36,529 nt of DNA from Nitrosomonas sp. (lineage in GTDB: Bacteria > Pseudomonadota > Gammaproteobacteria > Burkholderiales > Nitrosomonadaceae): the NCBI GenBank assembly GCA_005779435.1, contig SXJH01000225.1:1-36529 (forward strand), in the 5' to 3' direction. The notes under the pieces are model-generated. The model saw nothing but the letters and a program-made list of their open reading frames with translations. It was not told where the DNA came from and did not search any database. Shown in pieces: positions 9,610 through 18,676 of this stretch; the stretch's first letter is position 1; each line of letters starts with the position of its first letter. The translations under genes and the position numbers were made by a program.

Positions 9610-10017
9610 TTATCCTCCAAATTTCGGTAATTCGGCTATTAATTCTTTAATGGCCGGGGCGTCCCTACTTCCCCCTTGCACGTCCTGTAAAACTTGATAG
9701 CAATAACCCCAAACTTTAGAGCGCCAAACAATAAACGACTTGCTTTCGGTTTGGAATTGATTGATTTCCGCAGCATAAGAGCATGCGGACAAAATGGAAT
9801 CATAGCCTTTGGATTGTGCGATAGAGTCAAGATGCGCTTGCACTGCTTTTTCATATTGCTGCACAGTTGGCACTATTTGAGGGGCCGGATGAAAAGCCCC
9901 ATCGTAAGCTCCGCCAATCTGCGCGGAGCCATTATCTTCAATCCAATTATCAGCCAACGGAAAATCAGATATGGCAACATTGACCACAATATTATTTTCT
10001 ATAATCGCATATCTCAT
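9610..10017 (-). CDS. Tail fibre assembly-like protein
   Basis: MRYAIIENNIVVNV..., AQSKGYDSILSACSYA; follows the Gly-rich fibre gene. Confidence 0.65.
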   Translation of the reverse strand: MRYAIIENNIVVNVAISDFPLADNWIEDNGSAQIGGAYDGAFHPAPQIVPTVQQYEKAVQAHLDSIAQSKGYDSILSACSYAAEINQFQTESKSFIVWRSKVWGYCYQVLQDVQGGSRDAPAIKELIAELPKFGG

Positions 10018-10883
10018 ATCCAAAATACCCTCACTAAGCCGTTGCCGCCGTTGCCGCCGTTGACGCCGGTTCCTGATGCTGACGAGCCGCCGCCACCTCC
10101 GCCGCCCGATGGAAAGCCCCCCCTGTTGCCATTACCTGCGGTTCCTGACACCGGTTGAGATCCGCCAGCACCACCCCCTGCGCCAGAGCAGCCGATTCCA
10201 GAACTGCTCTCACTTAAAGATAAAAATGTTCCATCTGCGCCAGCATTACCACTGTTATTCCCAAATGCCCCGCCGCTTCCGCCCGTTGCTGAATACGCGC
10301 CGTTCACTGAATTCCCGCCAGCCGAACCGGCTGCATTTCCATCTCTTTCACCCGCGCCGCCGCCAGCGCCAGCGCCATTGGTCGTAGATCCTCCTACAGC
10401 CGGACTATTGTTTGTATCAGCACCAGCCGCGCCAGCACCACTAACAATTGATGTAAATATTGATGAAATGGTTGGTGCCGATCCTGCGGTTCCGCCAGTA
10501 TCTCCGCTCGTCGCCCCGCCACCTGGAGCCGATATATAGGAGCCGAAGGCCGTGGCTCCACCTGCCGGGCCATTCGATCTGGCCCCGGATGTTCCGGTAG
10601 GCCCTGTCCCGCCCGCGCCCACAACGACTTGTATGACGCTCGCCAATCTGGATGGAGCCAAACAAACAGCAAGCGCGCATGCGCCGCCGCCACCGCCAGC
10701 GCCCGGACTGTTAACTGCATTTCCAGCCCCGGAACCGCCAGCACTTCCGCCGCCATACGCCTCAACGACGATTAATTTCGCATCGGTTGGGACATTAAAC
10801 AATCCAGACGAAAGGAATATTTTTTGTGAGCCGCCAGCTTTAAGTATGGCTTCAGTGAAGCCGGGCATTAATCCGTTATTCAT
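10014..10883 (-). CDS. Glycine-rich tail fibre-associated protein
   Basis: GGGSAGGSG...GAGGGGG repeats, terminal GGNGLVRVFW. Confidence 0.75.
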   Translation of the reverse strand: MNNGLMPGFTEAILKAGGSQKIFLSSGLFNVPTDAKLIVVEAYGGGSAGGSGAGNAVNSPGAGGGGGACALAVCLAPSRLASVIQVVVGAGGTGPTGTSGARSNGPAGGATAFGSYISAPGGGATSGDTGGTAGSAPTISSIFTSIVSGAGAAGADTNNSPAVGGSTTNGAGAGGGAGERDGNAAGSAGGNSVNGAYSATGGSGGAFGNNSGNAGADGTFLSLSESSSGIGCSGAGGGAGGSQPVSGTAGNGNRGGFPSGGGGGGGSSASGTGVNGGNGGNGLVRVFWI

Positions 10884-10884
10884 A

Positions 10885-11289
10885 TTACAGATCGCCGCCG
10901 ATTGCTATTACATTGAATGACTCTGCGTTATGCGTCGACGCTCGCAGACTATATCCGGTTGGCAATGTCAACGGCAAAAACCCTATGTCCTGTCCGTTAT
11001 TGCTCGACATTGCCGCATAGAATGTCGCAACAGAAGCCGACGGCGTTACCGCTGATACCGGGACTTCACGCCATAATCTGGCTGAGCTTCCATCATGAAT
11101 AAATAGCCTCACCATCCCGGCTGTGGTCGTGCTCGTGGCAATAACAACGATCCTATCTATCCGCGTACCGCTTGCTCCGGCAGATAAAACAGTGCCGATC
11201 GTTCCGGTTCCGTCCCTGTTTGTGTTTGCTGTTGTGATATTGGCCAGCCCAACTTTCGGGGTTGCGGCATATTGAGGTGTTGTGCTCAT
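10885..11289 (-). CDS. Hypothetical virion protein
   Basis: TANTNRDGTGTI motif, Thr/Ala-rich, tail cluster. Confidence 0.65.
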   Translation of the reverse strand: MSTTPQYAATPKVGLANITTANTNRDGTGTIGTVLSAGASGTRIDRIVVIATSTTTAGMVRLFIHDGSSARLWREVPVSAVTPSASVATFYAAMSSNNGQDIGFLPLTLPTGYSLRASTHNAESFNVIAIGGDL

Positions 11290-11705
11290 TATATTATTCC
11301 TTCTGTTTGATATAAAAATCCTGGAAATTTACCCCAGCTTGCTACCGACACGCCATCCGTTATCAATACGTCGCCCTCATCGGCGCTTGCTTGCCCTGGT
11401 AGCGCGCTTGAAAATGATGTTGCGGCTACAAACGCAGTTGTTGCGATTTGTGTTGTGCTTGTTCCTATCGCTGCGGTAGGTGCGGCGGGGGTGCCGGTGA
11501 ATGTTGGCGACGCTATCGGTGCTTTTGCGGGCACTGTATTCAGATCGGAATGGGTCACTGTTACCGCGCCTGAAACATTCGGAAATGTTGTTTTAATTGC
11601 CGATTTGATGTTTCTTATATGGTCGTCGCCCTCAGATTTTGGATCTGCCGATACCGGATTTGTACTAACAAGATCAGAAATATAAGTTACGCTTTCTAGC
11701 CCCAT
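11289..11705 (-). CDS. Short tail fibre proximal subunit
   Basis: GDDHIRNIKSAIKTTFPN and ASPTFTGTPAAPTAA..TTQIATTAFV fibre motifs. Confidence 0.75.
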   Translation of the reverse strand: MGLESVTYISDLVSTNPVSADPKSEGDDHIRNIKSAIKTTFPNVSGAVTVTHSDLNTVPAKAPIASPTFTGTPAAPTAAIGTSTTQIATTAFVAATSFSSALPGQASADEGDVLITDGVSVASWGKFPGFLYQTEGII

Positions 11706-11706
11706 T

Positions 11707-12336
11707 TTAAGATCCTCCGTCAATTATGTTGCCTGTTGCTTTTGTGCTTAAATCGCTTTGTAATGTTGCGTTTGTTCGGTTGCCGAATTCGGCGTTTTGA
11801 GCTTCTTCTAACGCTGATCTAAATCGCATTTCAAACATCTCAGCATCTTTATAATCGCGCGCAAATGTGCATGCCTCAACCAACGCACTAAATAGATAGA
11901 CATTCGGATAATTAGTCAAAATGTCATTGGTCGACGTGCTTGAAATGTCGTACCCCATCTTGTACCGCATGGAATAGGTATACGCGGCAGAACATGGGCA
12001 GTTGAATGCCAAATTTGCCCCGTCTATCGTGTAATACAGCGGAATTCCGTTGCTGTTGCTGACCGGCAATTGCTCTGGCGTCAGATAAGGAACCTCCACT
12101 CGCGGCAAGTATGTTGTGAACCACAGCGCGTTTGGAGAAATGAACCTTGTTGGCAGCGTAATAAACCTGCTTCCGATTGATCCCGTTAATGTGGCTTCCG
12201 TTTCGGCTGCACGAGAAGCCAATAGCGTATTAATTCGTTTCTCAGCCAGTTCAATAAAATCCGGTATCTGCGAAACGTCTCGATGATGCCAATCTGCAAT
12301 TGCTGTTTGCAATTCAGCGTAATTAGCAATACTCAT
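11707..12336 (-). CDS. Head-to-tail adaptor protein
   Basis: NYAELQTAIADW..IPDFIELAEKRIN, TNDILTNYPNVYL. Confidence 0.75.
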   Translation of the reverse strand: MSIANYAELQTAIADWHHRDVSQIPDFIELAEKRINTLLASRAAETEATLTGSIGSRFITLPTRFISPNALWFTTYLPRVEVPYLTPEQLPVSNSNGIPLYYTIDGANLAFNCPCSAAYTYSMRYKMGYDISSTSTNDILTNYPNVYLFSALVEACTFARDYKDAEMFEMRFRSALEEAQNAEFGNRTNATLQSDLSTKATGNIIDGGS

Positions 12337-12527
12337 TTTTTACGATTCTGCCGATGCGCAATCTTTGTTTGCTGCTCAGGTTCTGCCGGAATTTCCTGTT
12401 TTGCCGAATTTGCCGATTGCGCATTATCAGGCGAATCCGTCCAGCCATTCTTGCACATCAAATCAACCTCATCGTTGCTGTACGCATTGTGATACCCATG
12501 TTGCGGGTGAAATAATCGTGTAGGCAT
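12333..12527 (-). CDS. Hypothetical protein
   Basis: 64 aa, GWTDSP motif, basic tail, ATGA overlap. Confidence 0.6.
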   Translation of the reverse strand: MPTRLFHPQHGYHNAYSNDEVDLMCKNGWTDSPDNAQSANSAKQEIPAEPEQQTKIAHRQNRKK

Positions 12528-12555
12528 AAAAAACCGCCCCCATTACTGAAGGCGG
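12528..12555 (-). terminator. Terminator-like hairpin
   Basis: CCGCC/GGCGG stem then T6 on minus strand. Confidence 0.55.
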
Positions 12556-12576
12556 CCTCAATTGATTAATTGACTG

Positions 12577-13068
12577 TTACGACGTAGCGAAAGGATCGGC
12601 CAATGTGCCAGCACCTACCGCGATACCTTCTACATACCACGAAGTTGCGCTTAAAGCGGTAAATCTCAGTCGCCCGCCCTTCAATCCGCCTTTGGTTGCG
12701 CCATCCATTGACACGGCAACATGCGTCGTACCGTCACCGGCAAACACGTCGCCCGATTCCGCCACGGTCAAAGAACCAATCATTACCGCGCCAGTGAGAA
12801 ACACCGTCGCAGCATTCGTGATAATTTTCGCCGCATTTGATGTGATCGATGTTTTGACCACAAAATCGAATTGCATGCCCTCGACCGGTGCCGGCAAAGT
12901 GAAAACAATACCAGCCGCACGATCAAACACGCACAAAGCGCCGGATTCTTCCGGCAGCAAGGTGCGTGTCGCTCCTTGGCTCTGAATAACCTCTATGTGT
13001 TGACCTGTTGCAATACAACCGTCAGCGCTGTCGTAATTCAATCGTTCAAGATTTGCTGAAATAGCCAT
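12577..13068 (-). CDS. Putative capsid decoration protein
   Basis: Immediately after coat; FTLPAPVEGMQFDF beta-rich. Confidence 0.55.
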   Translation of the reverse strand: MAISANLERLNYDSADGCIATGQHIEVIQSQGATRTLLPEESGALCVFDRAAGIVFTLPAPVEGMQFDFVVKTSITSNAAKIITNAATVFLTGAVMIGSLTVAESGDVFAGDGTTHVAVSMDGATKGGLKGGRLRFTALSATSWYVEGIAVGAGTLADPFATS

Positions 13069-13086
13069 TTTATTAATCCTCCGTTA

Positions 13087-14331
13087 TTAAGATGCAGAAC
13101 CGATCATGCGACAAGCCCAAGCCGGACGCAGCGCGGCCATTCCGTACAAAATGTCTAAACGCATGAGCAATTCATCGTTTCGGATGTCAGAAGCCATCCA
13201 TACGCGAACCGATAGATTATCTTTCATGCGGCGCACGCATTTCTGAGAATCATCCATGATAGGGAGATCGGCTGTTACGAACTGGAACGCTTCTTTGTGA
13301 TACATCAAGCTTTGCACGTAGCTAGTAGAAGCAGCGCCAACGAACGTTAGTGTCTTACTATTGAAATCCGTTGTAGCTAATGCAGCGCCGGTGCTTGAGC
13401 AAACGTTTTGACGTGGCCCGCTAATGTAAATTGCTGGCGAAACCGTCGTATCGTTGCCTGAAGAGCCGGTTATGACGAATTGCTGCAATACACCTAAGCT
13501 TGCCTTGGTTTCAGGGTGGCACTGGTAAACACCGGAAATCGTGAAAACCATGCCGACGTTCTGATCAGCAATTGCAACGGTACTGTGCATGCCCACCAGA
13601 TTACTGCCATTGGTAACACCTGCCGCCGCATTGGTCGTGCCGGTAACGTCAGCGCCATTGGTCAGCGTCCATAAGCGTTCGTTTTCATAGTAATCAGCCA
13701 TGGCAGTACGAGAAATCAGCCCTTCACGGAATTGTTCGCCGATTGCATTGGATGGGTTGAAATACGCGGCCATGCCGTTAACCAGGCCGCCCATTGTGGT
13801 TGAGTCCATCTGGATTGAGCGCTGATTGTCCTTGGGTGCCAGACCTTGGTTCAGTTTTGCCCGAGCGGAACCCGGGACAACTAGCGTGGTAATGCCAGTA
13901 CCAGCGGTTCCTGCGACGTTGTAAGTTGCTTTGGATGCAAACGCCAGAAAATCGGACTCGATGCCCGATACCAGTACACTGACCGCCGGTTCGATGTAAT
14001 TTTTGCTCAAATCATCGAATGCAGCGCCGCTGTTGACTGACTGAATCAACTCAGCCGAATTGAAGCGCATATCAACGCCGTCCTGCGTTGCGACGGTAAT
14101 CGTTTGCGATGTTTCGGCTTGATCTTGCACATCCATCACGCGAGAACCTTGACGACGTGCGTACATATTCGGCTCACGAACACGCAAGGTAGCGCCTTGC
14201 TTGCCTTTGCCGTTATCTTTAAACGATGCATCATATTGACGATCAACTGTCCCAATAAAGGTCAGTTTTTCGTGCGCAATACGAAGCGCCTCTTTAGTCA
14301 CCATATCGACGACTTTAAAAGAATTTGCCAT
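13087..14331 (-). CDS. Major capsid protein, P22 coat family
   Basis: MANSF..MVTKEALRI, YHKEAFQFVTADL, RLDILYG..LRPAWACR. Confidence 0.9.
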   Translation of the reverse strand: MANSFKVVDMVTKEALRIAHEKLTFIGTVDRQYDASFKDNGKGKQGATLRVREPNMYARRQGSRVMDVQDQAETSQTITVATQDGVDMRFNSAELIQSVNSGAAFDDLSKNYIEPAVSVLVSGIESDFLAFASKATYNVAGTAGTGITTLVVPGSARAKLNQGLAPKDNQRSIQMDSTTMGGLVNGMAAYFNPSNAIGEQFREGLISRTAMADYYENERLWTLTNGADVTGTTNAAAGVTNGSNLVGMHSTVAIADQNVGMVFTISGVYQCHPETKASLGVLQQFVITGSSGNDTTVSPAIYISGPRQNVCSSTGAALATTDFNSKTLTFVGAASTSYVQSLMYHKEAFQFVTADLPIMDDSQKCVRRMKDNLSVRVWMASDIRNDELLMRLDILYGMAALRPAWACRMIGSAS

Positions 14332-14368
14332 TTTTTAAGCTCCTGTGGATTTACCGAAGCCACAAATG

Positions 14369-14391
14369 AAAAAAACCGCACGAGGCGGGTT
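14369..14391 (-). terminator. Terminator-like hairpin between scaffold and coat
   Basis: CCGC/GCGG stem followed by T tract. Confidence 0.45.
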
Positions 14392-14416
14392 CTCTTTGTG
14401 TTCCGGTGTTTGTTTT

Positions 14417-15286
14417 TTAGCGTTTGGCGATCTGCTTCCTGCGCCATGCGGCAAACTCGGTATCACTCATTTCGGACGGGTCTTTGTTGATCTTTCCAAC
14501 CCGGCTGGTAATGTTTGTTACCGGTTTTGCCTCGGCAGGACGCGCTTTCGCCGTCTGTTTTTTGATAATTTGGTCGCCCTGAAAGGCTAGGTGTAAAAGC
14601 TTGTATATTCGAGGATCGGTTTTTGCTTGCTGTACATCCGCAAGATCAAAACCAAAATTTGAAATAGCAAACCTCTGCAACCGCCCCTCTAATTCGGGAG
14701 ACCAGTTTTTAATATCTCGCTTCAAAACAGATTCGCTTTCCTGCAATAACTTGGCAGCATGCTGCTGTTGTTCCAGAGCCATGTACTGTTCTTTCTGTGC
14801 GAGTTGATTGACCAATTGCGCCCGGCCATCTTTTAATTGCGAGAATTGCATGAATAGCTGTTGCGCTCGGATTGGGTCTTGCTCTGTCAATCCATTCCAG
14901 TCAACTTGCGAAAATTGATTGATTTGCTCATCAATCGCCGTAAGTTTTGCAACCTCAGCAATATGCTGCTGATGAAATTGAGCCTGCGCCTCGAATTGCC
15001 TGCGCTGCGCCGCCAGATCCTCGGTTTTGCGCGTGTAATCCTGATGCATCATTACCGCTGGCTTGATATCCTTCGGTATGCGGTATTTCTGCCCGTTTAG
15101 CTCAATTTCCTCGCTATCATCTTCCGGCGCTGCCTGGCCATCCTCCTCGGATAGCTGCTCATCGTCACCGTCTGATTCTGCGTAATCGTCTCCGTATTGT
15201 TCAGCTTCGTTCGCCTCGTCGTCCGCCTCGATTAAAGCCGGGTCGACATCGGGTACTAAATTAGCCTCTGCAATCGCTTGATCCAT
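14417..15286 (-). CDS. Scaffolding protein
   Basis: Acidic N-terminus, QDYTRKTEDLA, coiled coil, C-terminal MSDTEFAAWRRKQ; upstream of coat. Confidence 0.8.
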   Translation of the reverse strand: MDQAIAEANLVPDVDPALIEADDEANEAEQYGDDYAESDGDDEQLSEEDGQAAPEDDSEEIELNGQKYRIPKDIKPAVMMHQDYTRKTEDLAAQRRQFEAQAQFHQQHIAEVAKLTAIDEQINQFSQVDWNGLTEQDPIRAQQLFMQFSQLKDGRAQLVNQLAQKEQYMALEQQQHAAKLLQESESVLKRDIKNWSPELEGRLQRFAISNFGFDLADVQQAKTDPRIYKLLHLAFQGDQIIKKQTAKARPAEAKPVTNITSRVGKINKDPSEMSDTEFAAWRRKQIAKR

Positions 15287-15300
15287 TTTTTAAACCTCAC

Positions 15301-15362
15301 AAATAAAAAAACCCGCTCAATGGCGGGCACAAATAAAAAAACCGGCGCTAGGCCGGTCTTTT
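15301..15362 (-). terminator. Two tandem terminator-like hairpins
   Basis: ACCGGC/GCCGGT and CCCGC/GCGGG stems, each followed by T tracts. Confidence 0.6.
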
Positions 15363-15379
15363 CTCGCGTTGCTGCCGAT

Positions 15380-16564
15380 CTAGATCATCGTCATAATCAG
15401 CATAATCAGCATCAATTCGTCTTCTTCCTGTTGCAGTTTTTCTCGCTCTTTTTCTATTTGTATTCTTTGCTCAATATCGTGAATAGCACGTTGAATCCGC
15501 GCAGAAATGCGCTTGTGTTCTAGTGATTTAAGTATCTGTAACGAAATGACATAAAACTGCTCATCAACCTTGAATCCTTCGCGCTCAATATTGCGCTCAA
15601 GCGCCTGTATTGATATTGGCTCATCCTGTGCTTGCTCTATCTCATGCTGCACAGCCTGACGAATGGCCGTTTGTATTCTTTTCTTGGCTTTCTTGAGCTT
15701 TTTCCTATTTTTCTCAAGTGCACCAAAATATTCACGCAGCGTTCCGTATGTTGCCTGGATCGCCTGCGTTGCCGCTTCAATCGTTGCGCCGAAAAATTGA
15801 TTCGTGCTGCTAAATATGCTGTCCTGCGTCAGCGTTACCGCACCCGGTGTTACCGTATACCCATAAAACGTATTCGCGCTGTCAAACGTTGCGCTCTGGG
15901 TTAAGCCCTGAGTCGCCCCAGGTGCCGTGACGGTTGCCGAGTAAAACGCAGCCGAATTATCAAACCGGCTTGCCTGGGTTAACCCGTGGCTGACAGTTGC
16001 AGCGTAAAACGAACTGTTGTTGGTTGCTGTGCTACTTTGAACCAAGCCATGATTTACAGTCGCGGAATAAAATGCTGCGCTATTCGTTGCGCTGCTTGCC
16101 TGGGTCAGCGTTACCGTGCCCGTCGTTACTGTTGGCGCATAAAAACTATTGCTGTTTGAAACTAAAGACGGCAATAGCGTTTGAGTCCCGCCCAATGTAA
16201 CAACGGCGGCATAAAACGAGCTGCTGTTATCAAACCTCGACGCCTGAACCAGACCATGACTTACGGTTGCGGCATAGAACGATTCACTGTTTGAAAATGA
16301 ACTGCCCTGCGTCAGCCCATGGCTGACCGTCGCTGCATAGAATGCCGCGCTATTATCAACCAGCGCCGATTGAGTCAGTCCATGACTGACCGTATGCGCA
16401 TTGAAACTATTGCTGCCATCAAATCGACTGCTTTGCGAAAGCGTTACCGCGCCCGGCGTTACCGTAGCCGCATAGAATGAACTGCTGTTATCAAATCTAG
16501 TGGACTGTGTTAGCGTTTGGTTGCCAGATCCGGCAACATAACTACCAAAATAAATACCATCCAT
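15380..16564 (-). CDS. Repeat-containing putative virion fibre/surface protein
   Basis: About ten imperfect LTQSxxFxNSxxFYAATVx(HG) repeats, then a charged helical C-terminus. Confidence 0.7.
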   Translation of the reverse strand: MDGIYFGSYVAGSGNQTLTQSTRFDNSSSFYAATVTPGAVTLSQSSRFDGSNSFNAHTVSHGLTQSALVDNSAAFYAATVSHGLTQGSSFSNSESFYAATVSHGLVQASRFDNSSSFYAAVVTLGGTQTLLPSLVSNSNSFYAPTVTTGTVTLTQASSATNSAAFYSATVNHGLVQSSTATNNSSFYAATVSHGLTQASRFDNSAAFYSATVTAPGATQGLTQSATFDSANTFYGYTVTPGAVTLTQDSIFSSTNQFFGATIEAATQAIQATYGTLREYFGALEKNRKKLKKAKKRIQTAIRQAVQHEIEQAQDEPISIQALERNIEREGFKVDEQFYVISLQILKSLEHKRISARIQRAIHDIEQRIQIEKEREKLQQEEDELMLIMLIMTMI

Positions 16565-16566
16565 GA

Positions 16567-16878
16567 TTAGGCTGTGGTATTAATTTCCAGCCAACCATCA
16601 GCCCATTCCTTTGTACTTGTTTGATCTACCCAAGTAATTAACACATTATCTGCATTCATCTCCGTAGCAGATAAATCTAACTTAACACTAACACTACTTG
16701 CAGGTGTATTTGTTGGTAATGTAGTGAGATTGGCAAAAGCACCACCATCTTTACTTATTTTAAAATCCCCAGCAGCAATAGTAGGGGTAGATTTTAATGA
16801 TAAATTATCGGTAGCATCTCTTACGCATACATAAGTGACAAATGCTTGATTCTTTTTGGGTGGATTGCTATTAGCCAT
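16567..16878 (-). CDS. Hypothetical virion-associated protein
   Basis: PTIAAGDFKISKDGGAFANLTTLP; coupled to neighbours. Confidence 0.7.
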   Translation of the reverse strand: MANSNPPKKNQAFVTYVCVRDATDNLSLKSTPTIAAGDFKISKDGGAFANLTTLPTNTPASSVSVKLDLSATEMNADNVLITWVDQTSTKEWADGWLEINTTA

Positions 16879-18020
16879 TAGAACACACCCACTTGACCAC
16901 TACACATATTTACTCCTTGCTCCATGTGGACACCTAGTAAACCAATTAAAGTTGTCCTAGTTTTTGCTGTCCCCGCATTAAAATCAGAGAATGCCCCAGT
17001 GTTATCTAATCTGCGGCACGCATATATTGAACTTCCATACATTGTAAGTTTCGCTTCCGTAGTAAGAGCATCAAGGTAATAAATAGTCACGTTATTTGCC
17101 GTTGTTGGTCGACAGGTTATTGCATAGTTAGTATTTGCCTTCATGGCAAATGGAACTGAGAATACCACTTCAATTTGAGCTACTGCGACAGATCCTATTT
17201 TAGAAACATCCACTGTGATTGTACGTTCTGCTACTGGCGTTTCTAATGGATTACTATATAGGATGAGTTCAAAATCAGAGGATGTGCTTGCGAGTAATCC
17301 ATTAAAAAATAAGCCGTAAGCCATGTATGTTGTGTTGAGATTAACAATATTGCCATATTCGTCAGCTGTAGCTGTTCCTGAATTTATGGCTACCCCTGTC
17401 GGAGCAACTGCCTGGAATGGAAAACCCCCAAAATATCCGATGGAGCCATCATTAAACACAATATAACAATTTGGAAGTGCTGCTGATGTTTTTAGATATG
17501 CACCAGTCGTATTATTAGTGCTGGTAGGTAGATTTGGTGTTGCTGGGTATATTCCATTATTATTAAAATTAACTAAGACAGAATCAGTACCCCCCCGAGC
17601 TGTCATTGAAAATACTACTGCTATTAAATCACCATGAGCAATGGTTTTTGTTCCAGAAGTCATTACTGAGGTTTGTACTGCCGCACTTGTCACCCCACCA
17701 CCACCACCTGTAAAACTCGCTTCAACATCAAAAGTCCCGTCTCCTTGTGCTGGAGCTGAGGATGCGGCAACATCTTGAATTCCCACTTTAAAAGTAGTGG
17801 CTGCATTTGCGAATGTAGTGGTGCCTGTCCTCCAAACAATACTACCACCCCCTGCCGCCGATATGGTTTTACTACCCCCAATAGGATTTTGTAGCAAAAT
17901 ATGCCCAATAGCGAATACAGTTTCCCCCGCTGCATTTAATGTTACTGACGTATACCCGGTGGAATCTGCTTGAGCAAGAAAAGGGAGTCTATTTACCTGA
18001 TTTACAAATACTTGACTCAT
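16878..18020 (-). CDS. Hypothetical beta-rich protein (possible adhesin)
   Basis: 380 aa Thr/Gly/Ala-rich, AT-rich codons. Confidence 0.7.
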   Translation of the reverse strand: MSQVFVNQVNRLPFLAQADSTGYTSVTLNAAGETVFAIGHILLQNPIGGSKTISAAGGGSIVWRTGTTTFANAATTFKVGIQDVAASSAPAQGDGTFDVEASFTGGGGGVTSAAVQTSVMTSGTKTIAHGDLIAVVFSMTARGGTDSVLVNFNNNGIYPATPNLPTSTNNTTGAYLKTSAALPNCYIVFNDGSIGYFGGFPFQAVAPTGVAINSGTATADEYGNIVNLNTTYMAYGLFFNGLLASTSSDFELILYSNPLETPVAERTITVDVSKIGSVAVAQIEVVFSVPFAMKANTNYAITCRPTTANNVTIYYLDALTTEAKLTMYGSSIYACRRLDNTGAFSDFNAGTAKTRTTLIGLLGVHMEQGVNMCSGQVGVF

Positions 18021-18256
18021 ATTGTTATTGTATATCCATTAGTCAATGCTGTTTTTACCTGTTGCTGTGTTCTCCCTATTTTGGCAACACGAAGTAGCAC
18101 TTTCAGGAATGCTTGCTTTTCTTCTTCAGTAATAGTGCCAGTTAAATCCGGAAGATAGATACCAACATCCTGTGCTGGAACATCACCAGTGACACTAAGC
18201 CTAAGATGATCCCCTGCCGCGCATTCGTATACTTTTTGTAACGTAATAGTCGCCAT
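18017..18256 (-). CDS. Hypothetical protein
   Basis: 79 aa, ATGA overlap. Confidence 0.65.
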   Translation of the reverse strand: MATITLQKVYECAAGDHLRLSVTGDVPAQDVGIYLPDLTGTITEEEKQAFLKVLLRVAKIGRTQQQVKTALTNGYTITI

Positions 18257-18259
18257 TTT

Positions 18260-18676
18260 TTACAGCGCAAAAATGCCGGAAGCGTTCCAAGAAATTGAAA
18301 TATTGCCGCCGTTTGGAGTTACCGGTAGACCAGTAACACCGGTATCAATGTACGCAATCAACCGCCACGTTGTGTTAGCGCCCGCATTTTTACGGTACAG
18401 AACCAACGCCTCAACCGTCGCGCCGGAAACCGCCGTGAAGGTCACATCAGCACCATCGAACGCGCCGTTAGTGTAGCTTTTTGTTGCGCCTATTTCCTGA
18501 TCCGTTCCGACAATTCCGGATAATGACGAATAAAACTCATGCGCAGAACTGTAGGTGTATGTGCCGGTATCAACAAGCGCCACATAAACACCCGTCGTTC
18601 CTGTGCCGTCCAGATCGGAATCTGCCGAGTTCTGCAAAAGTGCTTCTTTCCATTTTGGATATAGTGCATTAGCCAT
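18260..18676 (-). CDS. Hypothetical virion structural protein
   Basis: FDGADVTF, PVTPNGGNISISWNASGIFAL motifs; coupled to portal stop. Confidence 0.7.
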   Translation of the reverse strand: MANALYPKWKEALLQNSADSDLDGTGTTGVYVALVDTGTYTYSSAHEFYSSLSGIVGTDQEIGATKSYTNGAFDGADVTFTAVSGATVEALVLYRKNAGANTTWRLIAYIDTGVTGLPVTPNGGNISISWNASGIFAL

